NCBI GenBank assembly: GCA_963810095.1
Contig: CAWEMM010000015.1
Span: 1-64,000 of the forward strand
From: an uncultured Chloroflexia bacterium
GTDB lineage: Bacteria > Chloroflexota > Anaerolineae > CG2-30-64-16
Reading direction: 5' to 3'
Length of the DNA stretch: 64,000 nucleotides
Each line of letters begins with the position of its first letter. Within the stretch, counting starts at the first letter, position 1. Shown here piece by piece: positions 41,578 through 53,503 of this stretch. The translations under genes and the position numbers were made by a program. The notes beneath the pieces are model-generated. The model did no database searches, was not told where the DNA came from, and was given only the letters and a program-made list of their open reading frames with translations.

Positions 41578-41802
41578 GAAGAGGACCGAATCCTCCCGGA
41601 CCTGTCGGCGGCGTGGGTGCCGGGAAATCCCCCGGGACCTGTCGGCGGCGTGGGCCGCGGGCCAAATCCCCCCGGACCTGTCGGCGGCGTGGGTCGCGGA
41701 CCTAATCCGCCCGGCCCGGTTGGCGGCGTTGGTCGCGGACCCAATCCGCCCGGCCCGGTTGGCGGGGTCGGCCGGCGCAACGGCGTCGGGTTGATGCGCT
41801 AG
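41574..41802 (+). CDS. Small Gly/Pro-rich tandem-repeat peptide (GPNPPGPVGGVGR x5)
   Basis: AGGAGG RBS; ATGA overlap with the DUF6325 gene; repeats differ mainly at third codon positions; one indel in copy 2. Confidence 0.6.
41583..41775. repeat. 39-bp tandem repeat, about 5 units
   Basis: ggacc.aatcc.cccgg.cc.gt.ggcggcgt.gg.cgc unit. Confidence 0.9.
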
Positions 41803-41816
41803 TTCATGCGGACAAC

Positions 41817-41860
41817 GGCCGCGCGTCACCTTCGCGAAGCGTACGCGGTGACGCGCGGCC
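41817..41860. terminator. 14-bp perfect inverted repeat
   Basis: GGCCGCGCGTCACC...GGTGACGCGCGGCC. Confidence 0.5.
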
Positions 41861-41913
41861 AAGTCCGCTAGGGCAGCCTCGGAGGATTGCGAACCTCTTC
41901 AGGAGGCCTATCC

Positions 41914-43196
41914 ATGATTGATCCACAGGCCCGGCTGGGAGCCTACGTCAGGCTCCTGGCGCTTGTCGTCGTGCTGGGATTGCTCTGCGCCCTGATCACC
42001 TTCGGGTTCATGGCCCTGGTCCACGGTGGCACCGTGCTGATCTGGGAACAGGTTGCGGCCGCGCTGGCGATCGACCCTCGCCTCCTGACCCTTATCATTT
42101 GCACGCTGGGCGGTCTGCTGGTCGGGTTGCTGGTGAAGCTCTTCGGCGATCACAACGCGATCTTCGCCGAGCTCATGCTCGAATTCGGCAAGACCGGGCG
42201 CTTCAACTACCGTCACGCGCCGGGCATCGTGATCACGGCTTTTGTCTCGCTGATCGCGGGCGGGGCGCTCGGGCCGGAAGCGCCGCTGGCCGATGCCTGC
42301 GGCGGCATGGGCACCTTGATGTCGGACAAGCTCAAGCTCGACGAGCAGGGCACCCGCACGATGGGCTACTCGGGCGTCAGCGGCATGCTGGCCGCCTTTA
42401 TCACGTCGCCGTTCAGCGGTGCGATCCTCGGCCTCGAGTCGGCGCAAGGCGGGTCGGGCGGGAAGACCGCCTATTTCTGGGTGCTGTTTCCCAGCCTGGT
42501 GTCCTCGGCCGTGGCGACGGTGATTTTCGTCCTGTTGAGCGGGAATTTCTTCGAGACGCTGTACAAGTTCCCGTCCTATGCTCCTCGACTGGCGGACCTG
42601 ATCTACGCCGCGCCCCTGGGCCTGGTCGGTGGCGCCGTCGGCCTGCTGTTCATGTGGTCGCTCAGGCACCTCCAGCGCTTGTTCCAGCCCATGAAGGGGC
42701 ATGTCGTCTTGCGCGGGATGCTCGGCGGGCTGGGCATGGGGATCATCGGCGCGCTCCTGCCGCTGACACTGTTCTCGGGCGAGGAGCAAACCGCCGAGCT
42801 GATCCACGGCGCAGCCGAGATCGGTGTTGCTGATGCTGATCGTGCTGGCGGTGGCCAAGCTGTTCGCCTCGTCCGCTGCTCCTGTCGACGGGCTGGAAGG
42901 GCGGCTACATCTTCCCCATCATGTTCTCCAGCGTCGCCCTGGGCCTGGCGGTGAGCCTGCTATTTCCCGCGATTCCGGTTCCGGTCGCGGTTGCGGCGAC
43001 GATGGCGGGCGCGCTGGTCGCGGCGCTGAAGGCGCCCCTGTTCGCGGCGCTCTTCACGACGACCCTGGTGCAGAAGGAGACTGCGGCCGTGATTGCCGCC
43101 GCCGTTGTTGCCGCCGCCTTGCTCTCGGCATTGCTGGCGTTGCGCGCCGCCCGCCGCGCGGCTGAACAGGCGGCAGCCATCCCCGCGCTGGAATAG
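41914..43196 (+). CDS. ClC/voltage-gated chloride channel family protein (frameshifted)
   Basis: SLIAGGALGPEAP, TLFSGEEQ, GWKGGYIFP, many TM helices. Confidence 0.8.
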
Positions 43197-43218
43197 CCCA
43201 GGAGATTAGGGGGAGCAC

Positions 43219-44584
43219 ATGAGAACCCGCGCCGAACGAAGAGTCGCAGCCCGTTACCGTTGGGATCGCCTGAAGGTGAGCTTCTGGTTCGCGCCCGCGA
43301 TCATGGGGCTGGCAGCGGTTGTGCTGGCGTGGGCGATGTATCGGTTGGACGGTCTTGTTCCCAACGAAGCTGCTCGCGAGCAGCCGCTTCGTGCTGGCCG
43401 GCTCGCCTGGCGAACTGCGCAGCGCCCTGCTCAACATGGCCGGCACGGTGCTGGCAACCGCCGGGGTGGTCTTCACGCTGCTCACGCTGCCCCTGTCGAC
43501 CGTGGCGGCGCAGTACGGCTCACGCTTGCTGCGCCTTTTCCTCGGCGATCGCACCACTCAGTTGGTCCTGGGCATGTTCGTCGGCACCTTCGTCTATTGC
43601 ATCGCAGGGGCGCTCGCCATCCCCCCGGTAGAGGTGCAGCCCGAACCGCCTCAACTAACTGCCACGGTGGGCTTGTACCTGATCCTGGGGACCTTTGCCT
43701 CGTTGATCTGGCTGGTCCAGCACATCAGCACTATGCTGCAGGCCCCGAACATTGCGGCCGCGGGGGGCGCCGAGCTGCTGGATGCGGTCAGCGCGAGCCT
43801 CCCCGGTGAAGTAACGAGCGGCGCGGATCGGGCTGCCGAGGCTGCGCCGGCGGTGGACTGGGCCGAGGTGGAAGCCAAGGGCTTCCCGGTTCGCGCCAGG
43901 ACGACAGGTTACATTCAATACGTCGATCCGGACATCATGCTGACGCTGGCCCGCGAAAGGGACCTGGTCGTCCGGCTGCTGCGCAAACCGGGTCACTTCG
44001 TCGGGCGCGGCGCGGTGATTGCTTCCGTTTGGCCTGCGAGCCGCGTCGACCCGCGCTTGGAGAAACAGATGCGGCGGGCCTTCCAGATCGGCAACATGCG
44101 CACACCCACCCAGGATGTCGAATACGCGGTCCGGCAGCTCGTCGAAATGGCCGAACGTGCCATGTCTCCGGCGATCAACGACCCCTATACGGCCATGACC
44201 TGCCTGGATTACATCGGCGAAGGCCTGGCGCTGTTCATCCGGGAAACCGAGCAAGGCGCCCGCTTCTTCGAGCTCGATCCCCGGCTCAGCCTCGCGGTGG
44301 AGCCGGTCACTTTCGCCGAGCTGCTTGACACTGCGTTCGACATGCTCCGCCACGCCAGTTGCGACAACGCCAACGTCCTGACGCACATGCTGGAGACGAT
44401 CAAGAAGATCGCTGTCGAGACGAAATCGTTGGCGACGCGCGGGGAGCTGGCTCGTCACATCTGCCTCATCGAGGCGGAGGCACTGGCGGGCGACTTGATC
44501 GAGCAGGACCGGCAGGCCGTCCAGCGAAGCGGTGAAGCGCTGCTCGTGACGTTGATGGATTCGGACCAGGCACAGAAGGAGTAA
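43219..44584 (+). CDS. DUF2254 membrane protein (frameshifted)
   Basis: SFWFAPA, QYGSRLLRLF, GMFVGTFVYC, GYIQYVD, RTPTQDVEY..RAMSPAINDPYTA. Confidence 0.88.
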
Positions 44585-44588
44585 CGCC

Positions 44589-45409
44589 ATGGCAGCTGAA
44601 AAGGCTGAGCCTCGGAAGCGCAGCAACTCCTATAACATCTTCATCCTTGTTCTCACAATTCTTTCCCTGGTCGTGATGGTGTGCCTTCTGCTGCCGCTTT
44701 CGGAGCAGACCCTCACGCTGCTCAGGTTCTATGACAACGTAATCTGCGTCATCTTCCTCATCGACTTCTTCCTCAACCTGAAAAACTGCGCGGAAGAAGT
44801 CCGACTATTTCATCCGCGAACGCGGCTGGCTCGATCTGCTTGGCTCGATGCCTTCGCTCGGGCTATTCAGGTTCGGCGGCCTCTTGCGACTGGCCCGCTT
44901 GAGCCGTCTCGCGCGTATCACCCGCCTGCTGAAGGGCGAACAGAAAAAGGCGCTGGTCAAGGACGTCCTGACGAACCGGAGCCAGTACGCGGCGTTCATC
45001 ACCATCTTGCTGGCGCTCATTGTGCTGACGGTTTGCAGCACGCTCGTGCTCCAGTTCGAGAGCAAATCGCCGGATGCGCACATTACCACGGGGTGGGACG
45101 CGTTCTGGTATTCGGTCGTCACCATCACCACAGTGGGCTATGGCGACTACTACCCGGTGACCTTCTGGGGCCGGATCACGGGGATGTTCATTATGTTCGC
45201 GGGCATCGGTATCATCGGCGCTCTCGCCAGCATCCTGGCGAGCGTGCTGGTCGGCGGGTCTTCTGCTCAGGAAGAAGTGGAGAGCCCCGGTGGTTGAGCC
45301 GGCCAGGACCGTAGAGCAGGAACTCGCCGGTATCAGGGAAGAGCTCGCCCTGCTGCGCCGGATGTTGGACAAGCAACGAGGATGGCATTCGCGTTCCTTG
45401 AACCGGTGA
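44589..45409 (+). CDS. Voltage-gated K+ channel / ion transporter (frameshifted)
   Basis: S4 RLARLSRLAR, pore WYSVVTITTVGYGD, C-terminal coiled coil. Confidence 0.88.
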
Positions 45410-45489
45410 AGCGTCCGAGACGCCCGCTGAGGAAGGCCACTCGGTTGGAGTGGTGACCGGAATCCCCGGTCTGCAAAGGCAAATGACAC

Positions 45490-47278
45490 ATGCTTGACGA
45501 GATACGCCACGGTAAACGCGTTACGCGCTACCTTCCGATTATCGGCTGGGCTCGAACGTATCAGCGCGCGTGGCTGCGCGACGACCTGGTCTCCGGCGTC
45601 GTCGTCGGCGCGATCATGGTTCCCGTCGCCATGGCGTATGCCCAGATGGCCGGCGTGCCGCCACAGGCCGGGCCTCTATTCGGCCATCGCCGGTATGGCG
45701 GCGTATGCGCTCTTCGCCACCAGCCGCCACCTCAAGATCACGACCAGCTCCACGATGTCAATCATGTCGATCGCGGTGGTGGCGCCGTTGGCGGCCGGCG
45801 ATCCGGTGGCCTTCCTGGCGCTCTCGGCCGCGCTGGCAATCACGGTCGGCATCATCATGCTGGTCCTCGGCTTCATCAAGCTCGGCTTCATCTCGGACTT
45901 CCTGGCCAAGTCGGTCATGACGGGGTACATCTTCGGCGTGGCAGGTCTCATCGCGATCAGCCAACTGCCAAAGGTGTTTGGCGTCCCTGGCGGCAGTGGC
46001 AGCTTCTTCGAGCAACTGTGGCAGTTCATCCTCCACCTGCCGGAAACGAATCCCTATTCTCTGGCGCTCGGCGTCGCCACCATCGTCATCATCCTGGTGA
46101 TCAAGCGGTTCAAGCCGCTGATCCCTGGTGCGCTGGTCGCTTTGGTCCTGGGAATTGTGATATCATCCCTGCTCAAACTGAACGAGCTGTACGGTGTCAG
46201 CATCGTCGGCGTCATTCCTACCGGAATGACATCGCCGGCGTTCCCGCACATCAGCCTGAGTGCGATTCCGTTCCTGATTGGCGGCGCCGCCGGCATCGTG
46301 TTCCTTGCGGTCGGCGAGACTCTGGGCACGGCGCGCACATTCGCCGCGAAGTACCGCTACGAGGTGGACGCGGACCAGGAGCTGCTTGCCATGGGCGCGG
46401 CCAACGTCACGTCAGGCCTGTTCCAGGGCATCACAATCGACATGAGCCTGTCCAACACGGCGAGCGGCGAAGCTGCCGGCGAACGCACCCAGCTCTCGTC
46501 CCTTGTGAGCGCGGGCCTCATCCTGGCCGTCGTCCTCTTCCTGGCGCCGCTGCTGCGCAACCTGCCCACGACCGTGTTGGGCGCCATCGTGCTGACCTCG
46601 ATCCTGGGCCTCTTCAACGTCGCCGAGTTCCGGCGATACTACCGCGAGCGCAGGACCGATTTCGTCCTGGCACTCGCCGCGCTGGCGGGTGTCGCATTCA
46701 GTGATGTTATGACGGGCCTGGCCCTTGCGGTTCTGCTCTCGCTGGTCATGCTGCTATACCGCGCCAGCCGGCCGTACATCGCGATCCTGGGCCGGCGCCC
46801 CAACGGTGAGTTTGGCGACACTGGCCGGCACGCCGACGCCCGGCCGATTCCCGGGCTCGTGATCTTGCGGCTCGATGCACCGCTGTACTTCTTCAATGCC
46901 AATGTCGCCCGCTCGGAGATTCTGCAGCAGACGAGCAACGAACCCCGACCGCAGGCCATTTTGTTGGACCTTGGCGCCAGCGCCGATTTCGATATCGGGA
47001 CATGCGACATGCTGCGCGATCTGATCGAGGGACTGCGCCAGGATCACATCGACGTGCTACTGGCCCAGGTGCGCGGCTCGGTACGACAGCGGATGCAAAA
47101 AACGGGGTTGTCGGACCACATCGGCGAAGGTTGCATGTATCCCAGCGTGGTCACGGCTGTGCGCGAGTTTGAGCAGCAGGTGTCACTGCCTGATGCGTCA
47201 CGAAGTGACGGTTCACTTCGTGACGGCGGGGCCCTGTCGACAGAATTCGGTGACGACTCTAGCATGACTGTTCAGTAG
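45490..47278 (+). CDS. SulP/SLC26 anion transporter with STAS domain (frameshift near 45670)
   Basis: MAYAQMAGVP, DADQELLAMG, RLDAPLYFFNA. Confidence 0.92.
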
Positions 47279-47313
47279 GAGAATGACGATGAACGAAGGG
47301 CAGGCGTTGAGGC

Positions 47314-47973
47314 GTGCGCGGCTCGACGACGCCGCGCGCTGCGGCAGTCGCGGGCGTTTTGTTTTCAGTCCTTCTTATTGCCGCCCTGGTGCTTATCCGG
47401 ATTTCGATCCCTTCTGATCCGAAGGGCGCCGGCGACTGGCTGGTCACTAGCGGGAAGTCTGTCACGCTCGCGCTCAACCTGGTGCCGTTCGCAGGCATTG
47501 CTTTTCTCTGGTTTATCGGCGTTGTGCGCGATCGCCTGGGCGACTACGAAGACAGGCTCTTTTCCACGGTCTTTCTTGGCAGCGGCCTGCTGTTCCTCGC
47601 CATGCTGTTCGTATCGGCTGCCATTGCCGGTGGCGTCATCATCGCATACGACGCGGGTCCGACCCGATTCGCCGACTCTGGAGCGTATGGATTCGGGCGT
47701 GCCGTCACCTTCGTGTCGTTGAACACCTACTCGATGCGGATGGCAGGCGTGTTCATGATCTCGACCTGCACCATTTTCGTCCGGACCGGTGTGATGCCGC
47801 GCTGGATGGCCTGGCTCGGCTATGCGTTGGCACTGGTTCTCCTGCTGACCATCAGCTCCTTCAGCTGGGTGTCCCTGGTTTTCCCGGCGTGGGTGTTCGT
47901 GATCAGCGTGTATATTCTCTTCGAAAATCTGCGCAGCAAGCCGAGTGCCATGTCTCTGGGCACGCCGCAATAG
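47314..47973 (+). CDS. Conserved membrane protein
   Basis: TPRAAAVAGVLFS, LVPFAGIAFLWFIGVVRDRLG.EDRLFSTVFLGSG; start codon uncertain. Confidence 0.75.
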   Translation: MRGSTTPRAAAVAGVLFSVLLIAALVLIRISIPSDPKGAGDWLVTSGKSVTLALNLVPFAGIAFLWFIGVVRDRLGDYEDRLFSTVFLGSGLLFLAMLFVSAAIAGGVIIAYDAGPTRFADSGAYGFGRAVTFVSLNTYSMRMAGVFMISTCTIFVRTGVMPRWMAWLGYALALVLLLTISSFSWVSLVFPAWVFVISVYILFENLRSKPSAMSLGTPQ

Positions 47974-47989
47974 AACGGAGAAGGAGTAA

Positions 47990-49949
47990 ATGAGCGCTTC
48001 GCGCAATGTACCGACAAGCGGAAAATCGAGTTCTTCCTTGAGTCGCACGCTGCCGATCTTTGGCTGGTTGCCGAAATACAATCGCCAATGGCTGCGGTTC
48101 GACGTGATCGCGGCCATTACCGTCGTGGCCCTGCTCGTACCCGAAGGCATGGCGTATGCCGAGCTGGCCGGGATGCCGCCGGAGACGGTCTTTTACGCCG
48201 CGCCGGCCGCCCTGCTGTTGTACGCGATCTTCGGGACATCCCGCCAGCTGGTGGTGGTCGTCTCGTCGGTGCAGGCGGTCATGTCCTTCTCCATCGTGTC
48301 CGCCATCGTCGCGCCGGGCTCGACCGACTTCATCCTCATGACGACTGCGCTGGCGGTCGCGGCCGGCCTCGTGTCCCTTCTCGCCGGCCTGCTGCGCCTG
48401 GGTCGCCTGGCCCAATTCTTTTCGGCGTCGGTGCTGGCCGGCTTTGTATCGGGCCTCGCTACGGTTGTGGCCGTCAAGCAACTTCCCAAGATCTTCGGCA
48501 TCGAGTCCGGCTCGGGCAATGTGTGGCAGCGCCTGTATGACCTCGTCATTCACCTGCCGGAGACCCATCTCCTGACGTTGCTCGTCGGCCTCAGCGGGAT
48601 CCTCATCATGGTGCTCATCGAGCATTACGCCCACCGCATCCCGGCGGCCCTCGTGGCCATGATCTTCGGGATCGTGGTTTCCGCGGTCTTCGGTATGGAG
48701 GCGCTCGGCGTGCACGTCGTCGGCGCGGTGCCCTCGGGCCTGGCGCCGCCGAAACTGCCCGGCATAACGCCAGAGCAGTGGCTCGTCCTGATACCCGGGG
48801 CACTGGCGCTCTCACTCGTGAACTTCGCCGAAGCCATTGGGCCAGCAAGAAGTTTCGCGACGAAATATCGCTACAGCATCAACCCCGACCAGGAATTGGT
48901 GGCTCTCGGCGCCGCGAACGTGGGCGCCGGGCTTTTCCAGGGATTTCCTATCGGCTCCAGCCTGTCCAAGTCGGCGGCCAACGAGGCCGCGGGCGCCAAG
49001 AGCCAAATGTCGGGTATCGTGGCGGCCGGGCTGACGATCCTCGTCGCGCTGTTCCTGACGCCGCTGTTCGCCCCGCTGCCTGAGGCCACCCTGGCGGCTA
49101 TCGTCGTGGTGGCCGTCTACGGCATGTTTAAGTGGCGCGAGATCCTGCGGCTCTACAAGCTGCGCCGCGTGGATTTCGTCCTGGCGATCGTCACGTTCCT
49201 CGGTGTGTGCACCTTCGCCGAAGCGCTGTGGGCGCTGCTGTTGGCTGTCGTTCTGTCGCTCGCGGCGCTCGTCTGGCGCACCAGCAAGGGCGAGGTCAGC
49301 GAGCTGGGCATGACTCGGGGAAGGCTCAGTTTCGAGCCGGTTGCCCCGGCGCCGGCCGCCGGTTCAGAGCCCATGTCCATTAAGCGGCTCCTGATCTTTG
49401 CCCCGGAGGAGAGCCTCTTCTTCGCCAACGCGGACACGATCCGGACACAGATCACCAATCGCCTCGCCGCAACTGCAGAGCAGGAGGCCGCCAGAGGCAA
49501 GGTCGATGCGGCTGACAAGATCGAGCGGGTCATCCTGGACCTCGAACTCACCAATGAGCTCGATGTGCCCAGCGCGGACATGCTCGAAGAGCTTCATGCC
49601 GACCTTCGTGCCTCGGGCGTGGGTTTATCGCTGGCGCGCGTACGCCCGGCTGTCCGCGACCTGCTGGACCGCAGCGGCGTCACGGAGAAAATCGGCGGAG
49701 AGCACATCCATACAGCGCGTGTTGGAAGGGGTCCTCCTCCACTTAACTGCTTCCGAGGGCCAGGCTGACTCCCTGCTTGGGCTGTCGGGTACTGCGTTAA
49801 AGGCCCTGGAACAGGTTGTCGGCGAGATGCTGCCGCGTGCGCAAGGCGAGCAGCAAGTGCAGCTGAAGGCGCTCCACGCCCGCTTGACCCGGGCCATCAG
49901 GGCATTGCCGGCCGAGACGGAGCCCGGCCAGACCGGCCAGGTCCGGTAG
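47990..49949 (+). CDS. SulP/SLC26 anion transporter with STAS domain (frameshift near 49712)
   Basis: VPEGMAYAELAGMP, NPDQELVALG, SSLSKSA, LFFANA. Confidence 0.92.
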
Positions 49950-50037
49950 GTCGTGGCGCGCCCCGGTGTGGACGCTTTCGACGTAGTCGGGGCAACATCT
50001 CAGACCTGGCTCGGTCTATACAGGAGAATGAACCGAT

Positions 50038-51348
50038 ATGGTTGTAGCGAATGAACTGACCTTTGATCCCAGCGACCGGATCCTGATCCTCGCGCCGCAT
50101 CCGGACGACGAAACCATCGCGACCGGTGGCGTTATCCAGAAGGCCGTGGCGATGGGCCTCCCCGTGCGCCTTGTCTACCTCACGTATGGCGACAACGCGG
50201 AGACCGCATTCATCGTCTACCGGAAGCGCGCGGTCGTGCGCGGGAAGTCGGTCCAGCAGATGGGCCTCGTGCGGCATGCTGAGGCCCTCGCCGCGGCAAG
50301 GGTCCTCGGGCTAAATCCCGACCAGGTTACGTTTCTCGGCTATCCCGATTTTCGCACCCTGACGATCTGGGCCGAGCACTGGGGCGACTGCGAGCCGTGC
50401 CAGAGCATGTTCACCCAAACCAGCGTGGTCCCGTACGAGAACGCCTTCCGCCCCGGCACGCCTTATCGGGCAGACGAGATCCTGGCCGACGTCGAAGGCA
50501 TCCTTCGCGAATTCAGGCCGACCAAGGTTTTCATCTCGCACCCGGCCGACCACAACCCGGATCACCTGTCGCTCTACCTGTTCACCCGGGTGGCGCTCTG
50601 GAACCTGAGTGGCGAGCTCCAGCCGCAGCTCCTCCCAGTGCTCGTGCACCATCCCGAGTGGCCGCAACCGGATGGCCTGAACCCTGAGCTCCCATTGGAC
50701 CCGCCGGCCAGGCTTGAAGAAGGCATCTCGTGGCACGTGAGCTCCCTCGCGCCGGCCGAAAACGAGCGGAAGCTCGCGGCGCTGCAGAAGCACCAAACGC
50801 AGTACAAGATGAGCGCCGAGTATCTCAATTCATTCATCCGCTCGAACGAGCTGTTCGGCGACTATCCCGACGCGGCGCTCCAGTCGAATAGCCTGCAGGT
50901 GTTCAAGCAGGGCCTGGACTACCGCGCCGCTGCTCCGGCGATCCCGCGGGAGCTGACCAACGCGGAGCGTGCCAAGTGGGTTGGTGTAGAACGGCGATCG
51001 GTGTGGCTGGAACGGGGGGCTTTCACGTTCGCGGTACAGTTCTCGCGGCCGCTGGGACCGAACGTGGGCGCGGCCGTCTACATATTCGGCTACCGGCATG
51101 ACCGGCCATTTGCGCAGATGCCCAAGCTGAGCGTGGTGCTTCGTGCACTCACCTACGACGTTCGGGATGGGTCTCGCAAGCTTCCGAAATCTGCAGTGGA
51201 TGTGGCACGTGGGCCGAATGGCTTCGTGATTCGGGCCCCCCTGGAGCTTCTGGGTAATCCCGAATGGATCATGGGCAGCGCACGCACCTACGCCGGCAAG
51301 ATGCCCCTGGATTGGATCGCCTGGCGCGTGATGCGCGTGCCGGCCTGA
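50038..51348 (+). CDS. PIG-L family deacetylase
   Basis: APHPDDE, LTYGD, R.AEA, FLGYPD, DHNPDH. Confidence 0.88.
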   Translation: MVVANELTFDPSDRILILAPHPDDETIATGGVIQKAVAMGLPVRLVYLTYGDNAETAFIVYRKRAVVRGKSVQQMGLVRHAEALAAARVLGLNPDQVTFLGYPDFRTLTIWAEHWGDCEPCQSMFTQTSVVPYENAFRPGTPYRADEILADVEGILREFRPTKVFISHPADHNPDHLSLYLFTRVALWNLSGELQPQLLPVLVHHPEWPQPDGLNPELPLDPPARLEEGISWHVSSLAPAENERKLAALQKHQTQYKMSAEYLNSFIRSNELFGDYPDAALQSNSLQVFKQGLDYRAAAPAIPRELTNAERAKWVGVERRSVWLERGAFTFAVQFSRPLGPNVGAAVYIFGYRHDRPFAQMPKLSVVLRALTYDVRDGSRKLPKSAVDVARGPNGFVIRAPLELLGNPEWIMGSARTYAGKMPLDWIAWRVMRVPA

Positions 51349-51387
51349 CAGCTTCCCTGTGGAATCATTTGATCGAGAGAGGACTTC

Positions 51388-53121
51388 ATGACCGTCACTG
51401 CAACGCCTGCCAAATCCCGAGGCAACATCGTCTCCGATATGATTGCCGGCCTGACCACCGGCGTCGCCAATATCCCCGACGCGATGGCATCCGCTATCCT
51501 TGCCGGTGCGAATCCCGTTCAGGGCCTCTATGCCCTGATGGTGGGCACGCCGCTGGCGTCGATCTTCGGCAGTTCGGCGTTCATGAACGTTTCGGCGACC
51601 AGCGCGCTGGCCATCACCGCCGGCGCAGCGCTGACCCAGTATGCCGGCGACCCGGACAGGCATGCGGTGGCGATCTCCACCCTCGCCGTGCTAACGGGCT
51701 TCGTGATGTTGCTCGCCGGGCTGTTGAAGGCCGGCAAGCTGCTGCGCTTCGTGGCCAACTCGGTGGTTATCGGTTTCCTGACCGGCGTCTCGCTCAACGT
51801 CATCCTGTCGCAGCTCGCCGACTTCACGGGCTACTCGAGCGCCTACAGCAACAAGGTGGTCAAGGCGATCGATACGCTGCTCAACCTCGACCAGGTGCAC
51901 CCTCAGACCTTAGCGATCGGCGTGCTGACCGTGGTCGTCATCGTGCTCTCCGACCGCACCCGGCTGCGCAACTTCTCGCTGCTGATTGGCATGGCGGCCG
52001 GCTCGATCGCTCTTATCTTGCTCAACTCGATCGCCGCGGTAGGGTGGACCGAGGTCCAGCAGGTGAGCGATATAGCCGTCATTCCGACATCGTTGCCCCT
52101 GCCAAGCCTCCCGGACTTCACCATGATGCCGGCTCTCCTGCTCGATGCGATCGCACTCTCCATCATCGGGCTGGTGCAGGGCGCTGGCGTGAGCAAAGCC
52201 TACCCGAACCCCGACGGCAACTACCCGAACCCCTCGGGTGACTTCGTGGGCCAGGGCGCGGCCAACATCGGCGCCGGCCTGCTGCAGGGGATGCCCATCG
52301 GCGGCTCGGTAGCCAGCACCGCGCTCAACGTTAGCTCGGGTGCCAGGTCGCGTTGGGCCAACATCTTCTCCGGGCTGCTCGTGGTCGTTGCCGTGTTGCT
52401 CTTCAGCCGGGCCGTGAGCCTGGTGGCAATGCCGGCCATGGCCGCCCTGCTGATCGTCGCCGGCTTCCAGTCGATCAAGATCGAGCGCATCAAGGACATC
52501 TGGGCAACCGGTTGGACAGGGCGGTTGGTCATGGCCGCCACCCTGGCCTTGACGCTCGCCATTCCGCTCCAGCAAGCGGTGTTCTTGGGCGTGCTGCTCT
52601 CGATCCTGGTGCACTTCTTCATCACGGCGTCCGCTGAGGTGCGCGTCGTCCGGCTCATCGTTAACGCCGACGGGACGGTGACAAAGGCGCCGCTGCCGGC
52701 CGAGCTGCCCGGCAACGAGGTGACGCTGTTGCAGGTGTACGGCAATATGACGTTCGCCGGCGCCGAAACGCTCGAGGCGCAGCTGCCACGGGCAACGACA
52801 GCCGAACGCCCGGTGGTCATCCTCAGGCTAAACCAGCAGGAAGGCATCGGCAGCAGCTTCGTCAACGTCCTCGAGCGCTACCAGCAGCAGCTCAAGGCCC
52901 GGGGAGGCAAGCTGATGGTTGCGGGCGTCAATAAGAAGATCAAGGGTCAGCTGGACCGGACCGAGGCGAGCAGCGAGATCTTGGGGCAGGAGAACGTCTT
53001 CGTGTCAACGGACACCCTTGGCGCCGGCACGCGGGATGCGTACGCTGCCGCGCAACGGTGGCTTGCTGAATCGGCGGAGCCCAAGGGTGCGCCGAAGGAA
53101 GCAAGCGAAGCGACAGAGTAG
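51388..53121 (+). CDS. SulP/SLC26 anion transporter with STAS domain
   Basis: IPDAMASAILAG, GSVASTA, YGNMTFAGA. Confidence 0.92.
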   Translation: MTVTATPAKSRGNIVSDMIAGLTTGVANIPDAMASAILAGANPVQGLYALMVGTPLASIFGSSAFMNVSATSALAITAGAALTQYAGDPDRHAVAISTLAVLTGFVMLLAGLLKAGKLLRFVANSVVIGFLTGVSLNVILSQLADFTGYSSAYSNKVVKAIDTLLNLDQVHPQTLAIGVLTVVVIVLSDRTRLRNFSLLIGMAAGSIALILLNSIAAVGWTEVQQVSDIAVIPTSLPLPSLPDFTMMPALLLDAIALSIIGLVQGAGVSKAYPNPDGNYPNPSGDFVGQGAANIGAGLLQGMPIGGSVASTALNVSSGARSRWANIFSGLLVVVAVLLFSRAVSLVAMPAMAALLIVAGFQSIKIERIKDIWATGWTGRLVMAATLALTLAIPLQQAVFLGVLLSILVHFFITASAEVRVVRLIVNADGTVTKAPLPAELPGNEVTLLQVYGNMTFAGAETLEAQLPRATTAERPVVILRLNQQEGIGSSFVNVLERYQQQLKARGGKLMVAGVNKKIKGQLDRTEASSEILGQENVFVSTDTLGAGTRDAYAAAQRWLAESAEPKGAPKEASEATE

Positions 53122-53503
53122 GGGAGAGTCGACCTATCCCCGCCAGATTCGAGCCAGTCCACTCCTGCAGGTTGATGGGCCTTAAGGTTCGAGAGGGCCT
53201 TACGAGCAACAGTTCGGCTCTATGTGCCGCAAGCCATGGCCGTAGGGATCATTCTCGCGTGAGTTCCTCCACTCTGAGCATGGCTGGACCTCCTGACAGC
53301 ACTTGGGTTGACCAACCCATTGTGCCGCAAAGGCATCCAGCTCCCCCAGGGTGGGGAATTCTTAACCCGCGTTATTGGGGAGTTTATCACCCACGTTGAC
53401 ACCGTTGGCGACGCCTAGTGCGGCTGCCCCTGTTTTGTTGTCCAGAATGAGGGAGCGAACGGAGTGTGCGTTAGCGGTGCTGGCCCGTCGACGGAGTTGA
53501 CAC

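Noticed and set aside
41583-41775. CRISPR array
   Set aside because: Contiguous 39-bp coding repeats with no spacers and no cas genes.
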